14,582 nucleotides of DNA, from positions 1-14,582 of the forward strand of contig JACPCX010000147.1 in NCBI GenBank assembly GCA_016184305.1. The letters run 5' to 3'. The first letter of the stretch is position 1, and each line of letters starts with the position of its first letter. The position numbers and the translations under genes were made by a program. Of the stretch, positions 1 through 8,273 are shown piece after piece. Origin of the DNA: Candidatus Rokuibacteriota bacterium (lineage in GTDB: Bacteria; Methylomirabilota; Methylomirabilia; Rokubacteriales; CSP1-6). The notes beneath the pieces were generated by a model. That model ran no database searches, was not told the origin of the DNA, and saw only the letters and a list, made by a program, of their open reading frames with translations.

Positions 1-2
1 CG

Positions 3-65
3 GTCACGCATCCGGCCGTGGTCGCCATCTGCGAGGGTGCCCGCGACCGGCTCTTCGCCGAATAG
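3..65 (+). CDS. nhaR: 3' end of a probable NhaR-like LysR-family regulator (partial, enters from the left edge)
   Basis: My translation from position 3: VTHPAVVAICEGARDRLFAE*, TAG at 63-65. HPAVxxIC...LF resembles the NhaR C-terminus (E. coli ...HPAVQRIC...LF). Only 20 codons are visible. Confidence 0.55.
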   Translation, partial: VTHPAVVAICEGARDRLFAE

Positions 66-182
66 ACGGCACGCCTCCATGCGGACCACCAGGGCCCCAC
101 GCCCAGCCCGGTCCGGCGGTCGAGGGACTCGCCTCCTGATAGTCGCGCCCGCGCTGGTTGTTGCGACCGCTGCGATCTCAGC

Positions 183-248
183 CACGGCTTTTTCGAACAA
201 TCCATTCCGCCTTTTCTAATATCCCGAACGCTCGTCCGCCCGTAGAGT
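183..248 (+). promoter_or_regulatory. LysR-type operator (three 15-bp quasi-palindromes) and -10 box upstream of icd
   Basis: AT-rich patch with CACG-N7-CGAA (183-197), TTCC-N7-CTAA (205-219) and TTCT-N7-CGAA (214-228), all variants of TTCG-N7-CGAA; the last two contain T-N11-A. TAGAGT at 243-248 is a candidate -10. Confidence 0.5.
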
Positions 249-292
249 CACTCAGTCGCGATCCCATGAGCGCTCGCGCGCTGGAGGACCCA

Positions 293-1753
293 ATGACGCA
301 GAGTCCGGTGTCCGGAAAACGACTGGTGACGCTCATCGCGGGCGACGGCATCGGCCCGGAGGTCGTACGAGCCGCCCAGCGGGTCGTCGAGGCCGCGGGG
401 GCGCCGGTCGCGTGGCAGGGGTGCGCGGCCGGCGCCGAAGTCTTCAGGCGCGGGCTGTCCTCGGGTGTCCCCCACGAGACGATCGAATCGATCCGGCAGA
501 CGCGCGTCGTGCTGAAGGGGCCGCTGGAGACGCCGGTCGGCTTCGGCGAGAAGAGCGCGAACGTCACCCTCCGCAAGCTCTTCGAGACCTACGCGAACGT
601 GCGCCCGGTGCGCGAGTTCCCGGGGGTGCCGACGCCCTACAGCGGTCGAGGCGTCGACCTGGTCGTCGTGCGCGAGAACGTGGAGGATCTCTACGCGGGG
701 ATCGAGCACATGCAAACCCCAGGGGTCGCCCAGTGTCTCAAGCTGATCTCGCGGAAGGGCTGCGAGAAGATCGTGCGCCTGGCGTTTGAGCTGGCGGTCG
801 CCGAAGGCCGCGGCCGGGTCCACTGCGCGACCAAGGCGAACATCATGAAGCTCACCGAGGGCCTGCTGAAGCGGACCTTCGAGGACGTCGCTCCGGAGTA
901 CCCCGGGATCGCGGCGGAGCACATCATCGTCGACAACTGCGCCCATCAGCTCGTCAAGCGGCCCGAGCAGTTCGAGGTCATCGTGACGTCCAACATGAAC
1001 GGCGATATCCTCAGCGACCTCACCTCGGGGCTCATCGGCGGGCTCGGGTTCGCGGCGTCGGCCAACCTCGGGAGCGAGGTGGCCATCTTCGAGGCGGTGC
1101 ACGGGTCGGCGCCGAAGTACGCGGGCAAGGATGTCATCAACCCGACGGCGATGATCCTCAGCGCGGCGATGATGCTACGCCATCTCGGGGAGTCGGACGC
1201 GGCGGAGGCGATGGAGTACGCCGTGGTGGTCACGCTGGAAGATGGCGTCCACACGCGCGATGTCCCCGGTGACCGGGCGCCCGTGTCGACGACGACCTTC
1301 ACGGACGCGGTCATCACCAACCTCGGCCGGCGCCCGGCGGGCTGGCGGGCGCGCGACTCCAAGCCATTGAAGCTCCCGCAGATCTCTTCCGCGCCGGACT
1401 TCGTGAAGGCCTCCTCGCGCCGGGTCGTTGGCGTGGACGTGTTCGTCGAGTCGGCTCGCACCGCGGAGAGCCTGGGGAAGAGCCTCGAGCGGCTCACGGC
1501 GCACGCGCCGCTGCAGCTCGCGATGGTGTCGAATCGCGGCACGAAGGTGTACCGGGCGAGCGGGGCGATGACCGACCCGATCGACCACTGGCGCTGCCGC
1601 TTCGTGGTTCGAAGCCCGGGCGCGAACCTCGAGGACCGCGTGCTCCTCGCGCTGGTGGATCGGATCGGCGAGCGCCACCGATGGATGCACATCGAGAAGC
1701 TCAACGAGTTCGACGGGGAGCGCGGGTTCACACGGGCGCAGGGCGAGGACTGA
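293..1753 (+). CDS. icd: NADP-dependent isocitrate dehydrogenase with extra C-terminal domain (Thermus/alphaproteobacterial type), 486 aa
   Basis: Motifs GDGIGPEV, LKGPLETP, VRENVEDLY, KANIMK, NMNGDILSD, EAVHGSAPKYAG, NPTA, plus a C-terminal domain ending ...IEKLNEFDGERGFTRAQGED. ATG 293 follows GGAGGA and is preferred over the TTG at 158. Confidence 0.95.
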   Translation: MTQSPVSGKRLVTLIAGDGIGPEVVRAAQRVVEAAGAPVAWQGCAAGAEVFRRGLSSGVPHETIESIRQTRVVLKGPLETPVGFGEKSANVTLRKLFETYANVRPVREFPGVPTPYSGRGVDLVVVRENVEDLYAGIEHMQTPGVAQCLKLISRKGCEKIVRLAFELAVAEGRGRVHCATKANIMKLTEGLLKRTFEDVAPEYPGIAAEHIIVDNCAHQLVKRPEQFEVIVTSNMNGDILSDLTSGLIGGLGFAASANLGSEVAIFEAVHGSAPKYAGKDVINPTAMILSAAMMLRHLGESDAAEAMEYAVVVTLEDGVHTRDVPGDRAPVSTTTFTDAVITNLGRRPAGWRARDSKPLKLPQISSAPDFVKASSRRVVGVDVFVESARTAESLGKSLERLTAHAPLQLAMVSNRGTKVYRASGAMTDPIDHWRCRFVVRSPGANLEDRVLLALVDRIGERHRWMHIEKLNEFDGERGFTRAQGED

Positions 1754-1771
1754 GCGTATGGGAGGTGGCAC

Positions 1772-1954
1772 ATGACAACCTGGTCTCCGCGCGAGGGGCT
1801 CCCGGATTTCCTGGAACAGCTGGAACCGGCACGGCGGGTGCTGCAGCGGCTGGAAAGCTACGAGCGCGTGTTCTCCGACGGGACGACGACGATCGTGCTG
1901 AAGCCGGACTCGGACCTTCTGCGCTACCTCGACTCGCCCCGTGATCGGCGGTGA
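1772..1954 (+). pseudogene. hflC: 60-aa ORF: HflC C-terminal tail, possibly fused to an HflK N-terminus (collapsed hflKC)
   Basis: GGAGG RBS before ATG 1772. RLESYERVFSDGTTTIVLKPDSDLLRYLDSP matches the HflC C-terminal pattern (E. coli RSLRAYENSF...MVMSPDSDFFRYMKTP). MTTWSPREGLPDF weakly recalls HflK M-x-W...GPPDL. No TM anchor or SPFH domain. Confidence 0.7.
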
Positions 1955-2057
1955 TGCGGCGCCTCGCGATCGGGGCAGCGGGAGCGAGGGCAGCCCGAGC
2001 CGGGCAAATGTCGCGACGAGCTGACGCTGACGGTGAGCGTCTTCGAGGAGAAGGGGC

Positions 2058-2609
2058 ATGTGGAAATACTGGGTGGGCGTGGGGCTCGTGATCGCCGTGG
2101 TTGCCGTGATGACCCTCGGCTGCTCCCAGCAGCCGTCGGCGCCGGCGAGCCTGATCGAGGACAAGGCCTATCCGGTGACGCCGCCGTCGGTGACGGTGAC
2201 AGTGGGAATCATGACCGGGGAGATCACCGACCTGAAGGTCACCGAACGGGTCGAGCAGGGCTCGGGCCGCGTCGTCTCTCCCGCGAAGCTGACCGGGACG
2301 CTGAAGCTGAAGAACACCTCCGTGGATCAGTCCGTGCGCCTCATCTCCGGGAGAATCCGGTACATCGACGCCCAGGGGCGGCAATTCGCCATGGCCGATG
2401 GGCAACAGGAGCCGACGATCAAGTTCGGCGGGTACACTGCCGACCGGCTCGATCCCGGGCACGATGCCACGCAGTCGCTCGAGGCGGATGTTCCAGCTGA
2501 GGCGCTGAAGCCGGGGAAGTTGAGGGGGATCCGGCTGGAACTCGCCTACCTCCCGTCCCCGTACAAGGAAGAGAAGCTCAGCTTCCCGGTCTCGATCGGC
2601 AGCCAATAG
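2058..2609 (+). CDS. Uncharacterised lipoprotein, 183 aa
   Basis: GAGGAG RBS; N-terminal Lys, hydrophobic stretch and lipobox-like TLG-C; beta-strand-rich mature region; typical high-GC3 codon usage. Confidence 0.8.
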   Translation: MWKYWVGVGLVIAVVAVMTLGCSQQPSAPASLIEDKAYPVTPPSVTVTVGIMTGEITDLKVTERVEQGSGRVVSPAKLTGTLKLKNTSVDQSVRLISGRIRYIDAQGRQFAMADGQQEPTIKFGGYTADRLDPGHDATQSLEADVPAEALKPGKLRGIRLELAYLPSPYKEEKLSFPVSIGSQ

Positions 2610-2793
2610 GCGCGGGCAGGAGTCAGAGGGTGTCCGAGTGGAGGAGCATGACCGTGCTGACGAGGGCGCGGATCGAGCCGGAGTGGGTAGGGCCGTCGGT
2701 GCGCGCGTAAAGGGCGGGCGCAGTGGCCGGAGGAAGCCCCGCGCGACCCGGCATTGCCTGGAGGGAACCGACGAAGCCTCAGCGGAGGATGGA

Positions 2794-2934
2794 ATGACTC
2801 GACTCGAGGAAGTTCGAGAAACGGGCCGCATGGCGTGGGCGGACCAGCACCGCGGATGGCTGGCGTCTCCGGAGGACATCGTAGACGCCCTCATCAGCGA
2901 GGGCTTCGAGGAATACAAGCGTCGGACCGGCTGA
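2794..2934 (+). pseudogene. Hypothetical protein, 46 aa, probably 3'-truncated
   Basis: GGAGG before ATG 2794; protein-like sequence MTRLEEVRETGRMAWADQHRGWLASPEDIVDALISEGFEEYKR; runs out of frame into the HtpX-like piece at ~2921 and stops four codons later. Confidence 0.45.
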
Positions 2935-2990
2935 TCCTGCGCATGTTCGGTGCCCAAGAGGTGACCGAGCGGAAGGCGCCCGCGCTGCAC
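2922..2990 (+). pseudogene. htpX: 23-codon internal fragment of an HtpX (M48 peptidase) gene
   Basis: SDRLILRMFGAQEVTERKAPALH matches the HtpX-family segment after TM2 (SDKxVLxMYGAxEVxxxEAPELY/H). No start, TM helices or HEXXH motif on either side. Confidence 0.6.
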
Positions 2991-2993
2991 CAC

Positions 2994-3009
2994 TGGCCCC
3001 GGGCTTGCA
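2994..3009 (+). promoter_or_regulatory. Sigma-54 (-24/-12) promoter
   Basis: TGGCCCCGGGCTTGCA: GG at 2995-2996, exactly 10 nt, GC at 3007-3008; fits consensus TGGCACG-N4-TTGC(A/T). Confidence 0.6.
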
Positions 3010-3138
3010 CTCTATGACGCAAACCAGCCGCCATGGCGCGTGGCCGGGGGTGGTTCGCGCGGGGCGCCCGGGCCCCGCGAGCAGGAGGGAGTCGGAAAGC
3101 GACACCAGCGCTCGACGAATGGATCGGACAGGACGTGC

Positions 3139-5037
3139 GAGGCGATCGCTATCGGCCCCGAGGACGTCGCGGTGAGCTGGCTGCCCCTCTACCACGACAT
3201 GGGGCTGATCGGGACCTGGCTCGCTTGCCTCTACTTCGGGATCCCCGTCGTGATCCTCTCGCCGCTCGCCTTCCTCTCCCGCCCCGCGCGCTGGCTCCGG
3301 GCGATCCACGCGCACCGGGCGACGCTCTCGCCCGCGCCGAACTTCGCCTTCGACCTCTGCGTGCGCAAGGTGACGGACGCGGAGATCGAGGGCCTCGACC
3401 TGGGCTCCTGGCGGCTCGCCTGCAACGGCTCGGAGCCCGTGAGCCCCGAGACCATCGAGTGCTTCACTCGCCGCTTCGCGCCCTACGGGTTCAAGCTGGA
3501 GGCGATGTGCCCGGTCTACGGCCTGGCCGAGTCCTCGGTGGCCCTGACCGTGCCGCCCCTCGGGCGTGGTCCCTGGGTCGACCACGTCGCCCGCGCGGGC
3601 TTCGAGCGGCTACGCGAGGCGCGGCCGGCGGCTGCCGACGACGACACCCCCCTGCGCTTCGTCTCGTGCGGCCGCCCCCTGCCGGGCCACGAGGTCCGCA
3701 TCGTCGACGCCACGGGGCAGCCGGTCGCTGAACGGGTCGAAGGGAGGATCGAGTTCCGTGGCCCCTCGGTGACGAGCGGCTACTTCCGGAACCCCGAGGC
3801 CACGCGAGCGGTGCTCCATGGCGAGTGGATGGACTCCGGCGACCTGGGGTACGAGGCCCAGGGAGAGCTGTTCATCACCGGCCGCCAGAAGGACATCATC
3901 ATCAAGGCCGGGAGGAACCTCTACCCCCAGGAGGTCGAGGAGATCGTCGGCGACATCCCTGGCATCCGCAAGGGGTGCGTGGCTGCCTTCGGCGTCGCCG
4001 ACCCCGAGACGGGCACGGAGCGGCTCGTTGTCGTCGCCGAGAGCCGAGAGACCGCGCCGGAGCGCATCGAGACCCTGCGTGCGGGAGTGCTGGAGCGGGT
4101 CGTTACGGTGCTCGGGATTCCACCCGACGTGGTGGTGATCGCCCGGCCCGGCGCGGTGCTCAAGACGTCGAGCGGCAAGATCCGACGGAGCGCGACGCGC
4201 GACGGCTACCTGCGGGGCGAGGTATTCCGCGGGCGCGCGTCGGCCAGTGCGCAGTGGGCGAGGCTCCTGCTCCGAGACGCCGCGGCGCGGGTCGGCCGGC
4301 TCTGCCGCCGGGCCGACGCCCTCGTCTACGCCGCGTACGTCGGCGTGCTGCTGGCGGTGACGGTTCCCCCGCTGTGGGCGCTCCTGCTCGTCATGCCTCG
4401 GCGCCGGGCCGCCGACCGGCTCGTGCGGTTCTGGTGTCGGAGCATCCTCGCCCTGTCCGGCTGTCCGGTACACGTCGAGGGGCTCGATCACCTCCGCGCC
4501 GCCGTTCCAGCGATCCTGGCCGCCAACCATGCCAGCTATCTCGACGCCGTCGTCCTGCTCGCGGCGCTGCCCGTGGAGTTCGCCTTCGTCGCCAAGCGCG
4601 AGCTGGCCGGCTCCCCGGTCGTTGGCACGGTGATCCGCAAGGTCGGCCACCTCACCGTCGAGCGCGTGGAGCCTGCGCAGCGCGCGGCCGACGCCGCCCG
4701 CGCCACCGCGCGCCTTCGTGGCGGCGTCTCACTCTTCTTCTTCCCCGAGGGCACCTTCGTCCGGGCGCCGGGGCTGCTCCCGTTCAGGCTCGGCGCCTTC
4801 AAGGCCGCCGTTGAGGCCGGGCGCCCGGTGGTGCCGATCGGGCTCCGCGGGACCCGCGAGATCCTGGCGGCCGACACGTGGTTGCCGAAGCCGGCGCCCA
4901 TCAGGGTCGCAATCGGCCCCCCGATCACGCCGCAGGCGGGCGGGTGGCAGGAGATGGTGAGGCTGCGTGGTCTCACGCGGGTCGAGATCGCGCGTCTGGC
5001 TGACGAGCACCCCGTGGGAAGCCGGGCCGCGGCATGA
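3139..5037 (+). pseudogene. 5'-truncated fatty acyl-AMP ligase-like adenylation domain fused to a PlsC-type acyltransferase (frame open from 3040)
   Basis: SWLPLYHDMGLIG, APNFAF, NGSEPV, YGLAE, DSGDLG, GRQKD and KTSSGKIRR motifs, then a TM helix, NHASYLD and FFPEGT. The ATP-binding YTSGSTG loop and everything N-terminal to it are absent; 3040-3138 is not homologous and has no convincing RBS/start. Confidence 0.85.
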
Positions 5038-5076
5038 CCACGGCGCTGTCGTCAGACACGGCCGTCGGGGTCACGA

Positions 5077-5469
5077 TTCGTGCTGACGACCGGGCGCGTG
5101 CTTGAGCACTACCACGGTGGTACGATGAGCCGCCGGGTGGCGACCCTGGACTGGCTCGTGCCCGAGGCGGTGGTGGAGCTCCATCCCGCCGGCGCGGCGC
5201 GGGCGGGAGTGGCGGATGCCGGGCGCGTGCGGTTGTGCTCGCGCCGGGGGGCCGTGACGGCCGTGGCGCGGGTGACCGGCGGCATCGCGCCGGGCACCGT
5301 GTTCATGGTCTTCCACTTCGCCGAGGCGGCGGCGAACCTCCTGACCCATGCCGCGCTCGACCCGGTCGCGAAGATCCCCGAGTACAAGGCGTGCGCGGTC
5401 GCCGTCGAGCCGGCAGAGGCCCTGAGCGCCGCCTGCGAGGAGCCACGATGCTGTTCGAGGAGTCGCTGA
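5077..5469 (+). pseudogene. Isolated C-terminal molybdopterin-dinucleotide-binding domain of a formate dehydrogenase alpha subunit
   Basis: FVLTTGRVLEHYHGGTMSRR, ELHP, SRRG, FHFAEAAANLLT, LDPVAKIPEYK. The Fe-S and catalytic domains are absent and there is no RBS before GTG 5080. Confidence 0.85.
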
Positions 5470-5564
5470 AGGACGAGCCGCATACTCGCCGCGTCACGCT
5501 GCTGCACGTCCAGGCCCTCGCCGAGTACCTCCACACGCTCCAGGCCTCGCCCGCTCCGCGGTGA
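5448..5564 (+). CDS. 38-aa ORF, probable chimeric remnant
   Basis: GAGGAG RBS before ATG 5448, overlapping the FDH-domain 3' end. MLFEESLKDEPHTRRVTLLHVQALAEYLHTLQASPAPR has normal codon usage; the second half resembles a cytochrome c C-terminal helix (ALAxYL). Confidence 0.45.
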   Translation: MLFEESLKDEPHTRRVTLLHVQALAEYLHTLQASPAPR

Positions 5565-5592
5565 TGCCACATTACGAGAGCGAGGCCGGCTA

Positions 5593-6984
5593 ATGACACG
5601 CCTCGACGTGTGGCGGCGCCCGCCCGTCGTGGTGCTCCTCGCGGGTCTCGGGCTGCTCGGCTTGCTGACCGTGGCGGCCGCCACCGAGGCGCCACGGCCC
5701 GCCACGCGGCCGGTGGTCTTCGTGGCGCGCATCGAGGGCGTCATCGACCTGGGGCTCGCGCCTTTCGTCGAGCGCGTCCTAATGGAGGCGACGACGGCGG
5801 GCGCCGCCGCCGTGATCCTCGAGATCAACACCTTCGGCGGGCGTGTGGATGCGGCCGTGCTCATCCGGGACGCGCTGCTCCGCGCCCGCGTCCGGACCGT
5901 GGCCTTCGTCAACAAGCGGGCGATCTCCGCCGGCGCCCTCATCAGCCTGGCAGCCGAGACGATCGTGATGGCCGACGGCGGGACGATCGGCGCGGCCACG
6001 CCGGTGGAGAGCGGGTTGCCGGGCGCGCCGGCCCAGCCCGTGGCGGAGAAGACCGTGTCGTACATGCGCAAGGAGTTCCGTGCCACGGCCGAGAGCCGGA
6101 AGCGGCCGCCGCTGCTCGCCGAGGCGATGGTGGACGCTGACGTGGAGATTCCCGGCGTCATCGACAAGGGGAAGCTCCTGACGCTCACCACGGAGGAAGC
6201 CCTGAAGCACGGGCTCGCGGATTTCCGCGCCGACAGCCTCCCCGCCGTCCTGACATCCCTCGCCCTTGCCGGCGCGGAGGTGCGCGAGGCGACGCAGACG
6301 TGGGCCGAGACGCTCGTGCGCTTCCTGACCCACCCGGTGGTCAGCTCGCTCCTGATGGCGGTCGGCATCCTCGGGATCATCGTGGAGATCCGCACGCCCG
6401 GCTTCGGCGTGCCCGGCGCGCTCGGCATCCTGAGCCTCGGACTCTTCTTCTGGGGCCACTGGCTGGTGCGGCTGGCGGGCTGGGAGGAGCTGCTCCTCGT
6501 CGGCGCCGGCCTCATCCTCCTGGCGATCGAGCTCTTCGTCACGCCAGGCTTCGGGGTCACCGGGGTCCTCGGGCTCGCCGCCCTCCTCGGAGGCCTGGGG
6601 TTGAGCCTCGTCGGCGCCGGGGCGACGTGGGAGGTCGTGATCACCGCCGTGACGCGGGTCGCGGTGTCGCTGCTGCTGGCGATCGCGGTCTCCCTGGCCC
6701 TGCTGCGTTTCCTCCCGCGCTTGCCGTTCGGCCGCCGGCTGGTCCTCGAGACCGAGCTGACGGCGCGCGAGGGATTCGCCTCGGCGCCCGAGACCGACCG
6801 CGCCTGGCTCGGCAAGCGCGGCACGGCCGCGTCCACCTTGCGCCCGGCCGGCATCGCCGACTTCGAAGGGGAGCGGGTGGACGTCGTCTCCGACGGGGAC
6901 TTCATCGAGGCCGGGGAACGGATCACGGTAGTCCGTGTGGATGGCAACCGGATCGTCGTGCGGGCACTTCAGAGAAAGGACTGA
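5593..6984 (+). CDS. nfeD: Long-form NfeD (YqeZ-like) membrane-bound ClpP-class serine protease, 463 aa
   Basis: Signal peptide; INTFGG, AISAGALI (Ser), KLLTLT (Lys); multi-TM region with IRTPGFG/FVTPGFG; C-terminal OB fold LRPAG...DVVSDGDFI...VRVDGNRIVVR; directly upstream of floA. Confidence 0.95.
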   Translation: MTRLDVWRRPPVVVLLAGLGLLGLLTVAAATEAPRPATRPVVFVARIEGVIDLGLAPFVERVLMEATTAGAAAVILEINTFGGRVDAAVLIRDALLRARVRTVAFVNKRAISAGALISLAAETIVMADGGTIGAATPVESGLPGAPAQPVAEKTVSYMRKEFRATAESRKRPPLLAEAMVDADVEIPGVIDKGKLLTLTTEEALKHGLADFRADSLPAVLTSLALAGAEVREATQTWAETLVRFLTHPVVSSLLMAVGILGIIVEIRTPGFGVPGALGILSLGLFFWGHWLVRLAGWEELLLVGAGLILLAIELFVTPGFGVTGVLGLAALLGGLGLSLVGAGATWEVVITAVTRVAVSLLLAIAVSLALLRFLPRLPFGRRLVLETELTAREGFASAPETDRAWLGKRGTAASTLRPAGIADFEGERVDVVSDGDFIEAGERITVVRVDGNRIVVRALQRKD

Positions 6985-6987
6985 GCC

Positions 6988-7968
6988 ATGGTTGGAATCG
7001 AAACCGGCGCGTTCGGAGCCGTCGTGCTCCTCGTCCTGGTGGTTGCGGCGCTCGGCGTGCTCCTCTATCTGATCCCCGTCCGGCTCTGGATCGCCGCCTT
7101 CGCCTCAGGCGCGTATGTGGGCCTCTTCACGCTCGTGGGGATGCGCTTGCGGCGGGTGCCCCCGGGCACGATCGTCACCGCCCGCATCAGCGCGGTGAAG
7201 GCCGGGCTGGACATCTCCGTCAACGATCTGGAGGCGCACTTCCTGGCCGGCGGGAACGTCGTCAACGTCGTCAACGCCATGATCTCGGCGGACAAGGCGA
7301 ACATCGTGATGCCCTTCAAGCGGGCCGCGGCCATCGACCTGGCCGGGCGTGACGTGCTGGCGGCGGTGAAGATGTCGGTGATCCCCAAGGTGATCGAGAC
7401 CCCGCGCATCGCAGCCGTGGCCAAGGACGGCATCCAGCTCATCGCGGTCTCGCGGGTGACCGTGCGCACCAACATCGACCGGCTGGTGGGGGGCGCCGGT
7501 GAGGAGACCATCATCGCGCGCGTCGGGGAGGGCATGGTCAGCACGATCGGCTCGGCGGCCAGCCACAAGGACGTTCTGGAAAACCCGGATCACATTTCCA
7601 AGCACGTCCTCTCCAAGGGGCTGGACGCCGGGACGGCCTACGAGATCCTGTCCATCGACATCGCCGATGTGGACGTCGGGGAGAACATCGGCGCCAAGCT
7701 CCAGATCGACCAGGCCAACGCCGACAAGCAGATTGCCCAGGCCAAAGCGGAGGAGCGGCGGGCCATGGCCGTCGCCCTGGAACAGGAGATGCGCGCGCGG
7801 GTGGTCGAGGCCGAGGCCGAGGTGCCGCGGGCCATGGCCGAGGCCTTCCGTCAGGGCAACCTCGGGATCATGGACTACTACCGGATGAAGAACGTCCAGG
7901 CCGACACGGAGATGCGCGAGTCGATCGCGGGCGCCCCCGAGGAGCCGCCCGCACCCCCGAAGAAATAG
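6988..7968 (+). CDS. floA: Flotillin-like protein FloA (YqfA), 326 aa
   Basis: [99 protein letters not shown]; follows nfeD. Confidence 0.97.
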   Translation: MVGIETGAFGAVVLLVLVVAALGVLLYLIPVRLWIAAFASGAYVGLFTLVGMRLRRVPPGTIVTARISAVKAGLDISVNDLEAHFLAGGNVVNVVNAMISADKANIVMPFKRAAAIDLAGRDVLAAVKMSVIPKVIETPRIAAVAKDGIQLIAVSRVTVRTNIDRLVGGAGEETIIARVGEGMVSTIGSAASHKDVLENPDHISKHVLSKGLDAGTAYEILSIDIADVDVGENIGAKLQIDQANADKQIAQAKAEERRAMAVALEQEMRARVVEAEAEVPRAMAEAFRQGNLGIMDYYRMKNVQADTEMRESIAGAPEEPPAPPKK

Positions 7969-7996
7969 CGCATGGCACCGGGAGAACACACACCGC

Positions 7997-8200
7997 ATGT
8001 TCGACTTTCCGGGTCATGGCCGGGGCATCACCGAGTTCGTCGAGCAAGTCGACGGCGACCTCGTTGTCCTCGGGACCCGGGGCAGGACGAATCTGCGCGA
8101 CATCTTGCTTGGCAGCACTGCGGAGCGTGTTGTCCGGGATGCGCGTTGCTCGATCCTGACGGTCACGCCAGAGGGGGTCGAGCCCCCGCTCGGACGGTAG
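7997..8200 (+). pseudogene. C-terminal half of a universal stress protein domain, 67 aa
   Basis: DLVVLGTRGRTNLRDILLGSTAERVVRDARCSILTV is the USP G-x2-G-x9-G-S/T signature; the N-terminal half of the ~140-aa domain is missing. Confidence 0.8.
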
Positions 8201-8273
8201 TCGGCCGCATGGATCCCTGGCGGCTGAGGGACGTGCAAGCAGGGACGGCCAGAGTAGGGGGCCGACAGTGACC

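Noticed and set aside
158..292. N-terminal extension of icd from TTG 158, and ORF 37..219
   Set aside because: Both run through the AT-rich operator region and are not protein-like; ATG 293 has a good RBS and is followed quickly by homology.
5035..5080. TGA readthrough or selenocysteine fusing the acyltransferase to the in-frame FDH domain
   Set aside because: The TGA is at the natural end of the PlsC domain, not at the FDH catalytic Sec position, and the linker is not protein-like; sharing a frame is a one-in-three coincidence.
5109..6947. 612-aa minus-strand ORF and other long antisense or alternate-frame ORFs (1728..2993, 3610..4650, 9485..10732, 10495..12024, 12436..13656)
   Set aside because: Shadows of high-GC coding sequence: Arg/Pro/Ala/Ser-rich, no motifs, overlapping well-supported genes.
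7972..8271. 99-aa ORF directly after floA
   Set aside because: Out of frame with the clear USP signature and has no recognisable features.
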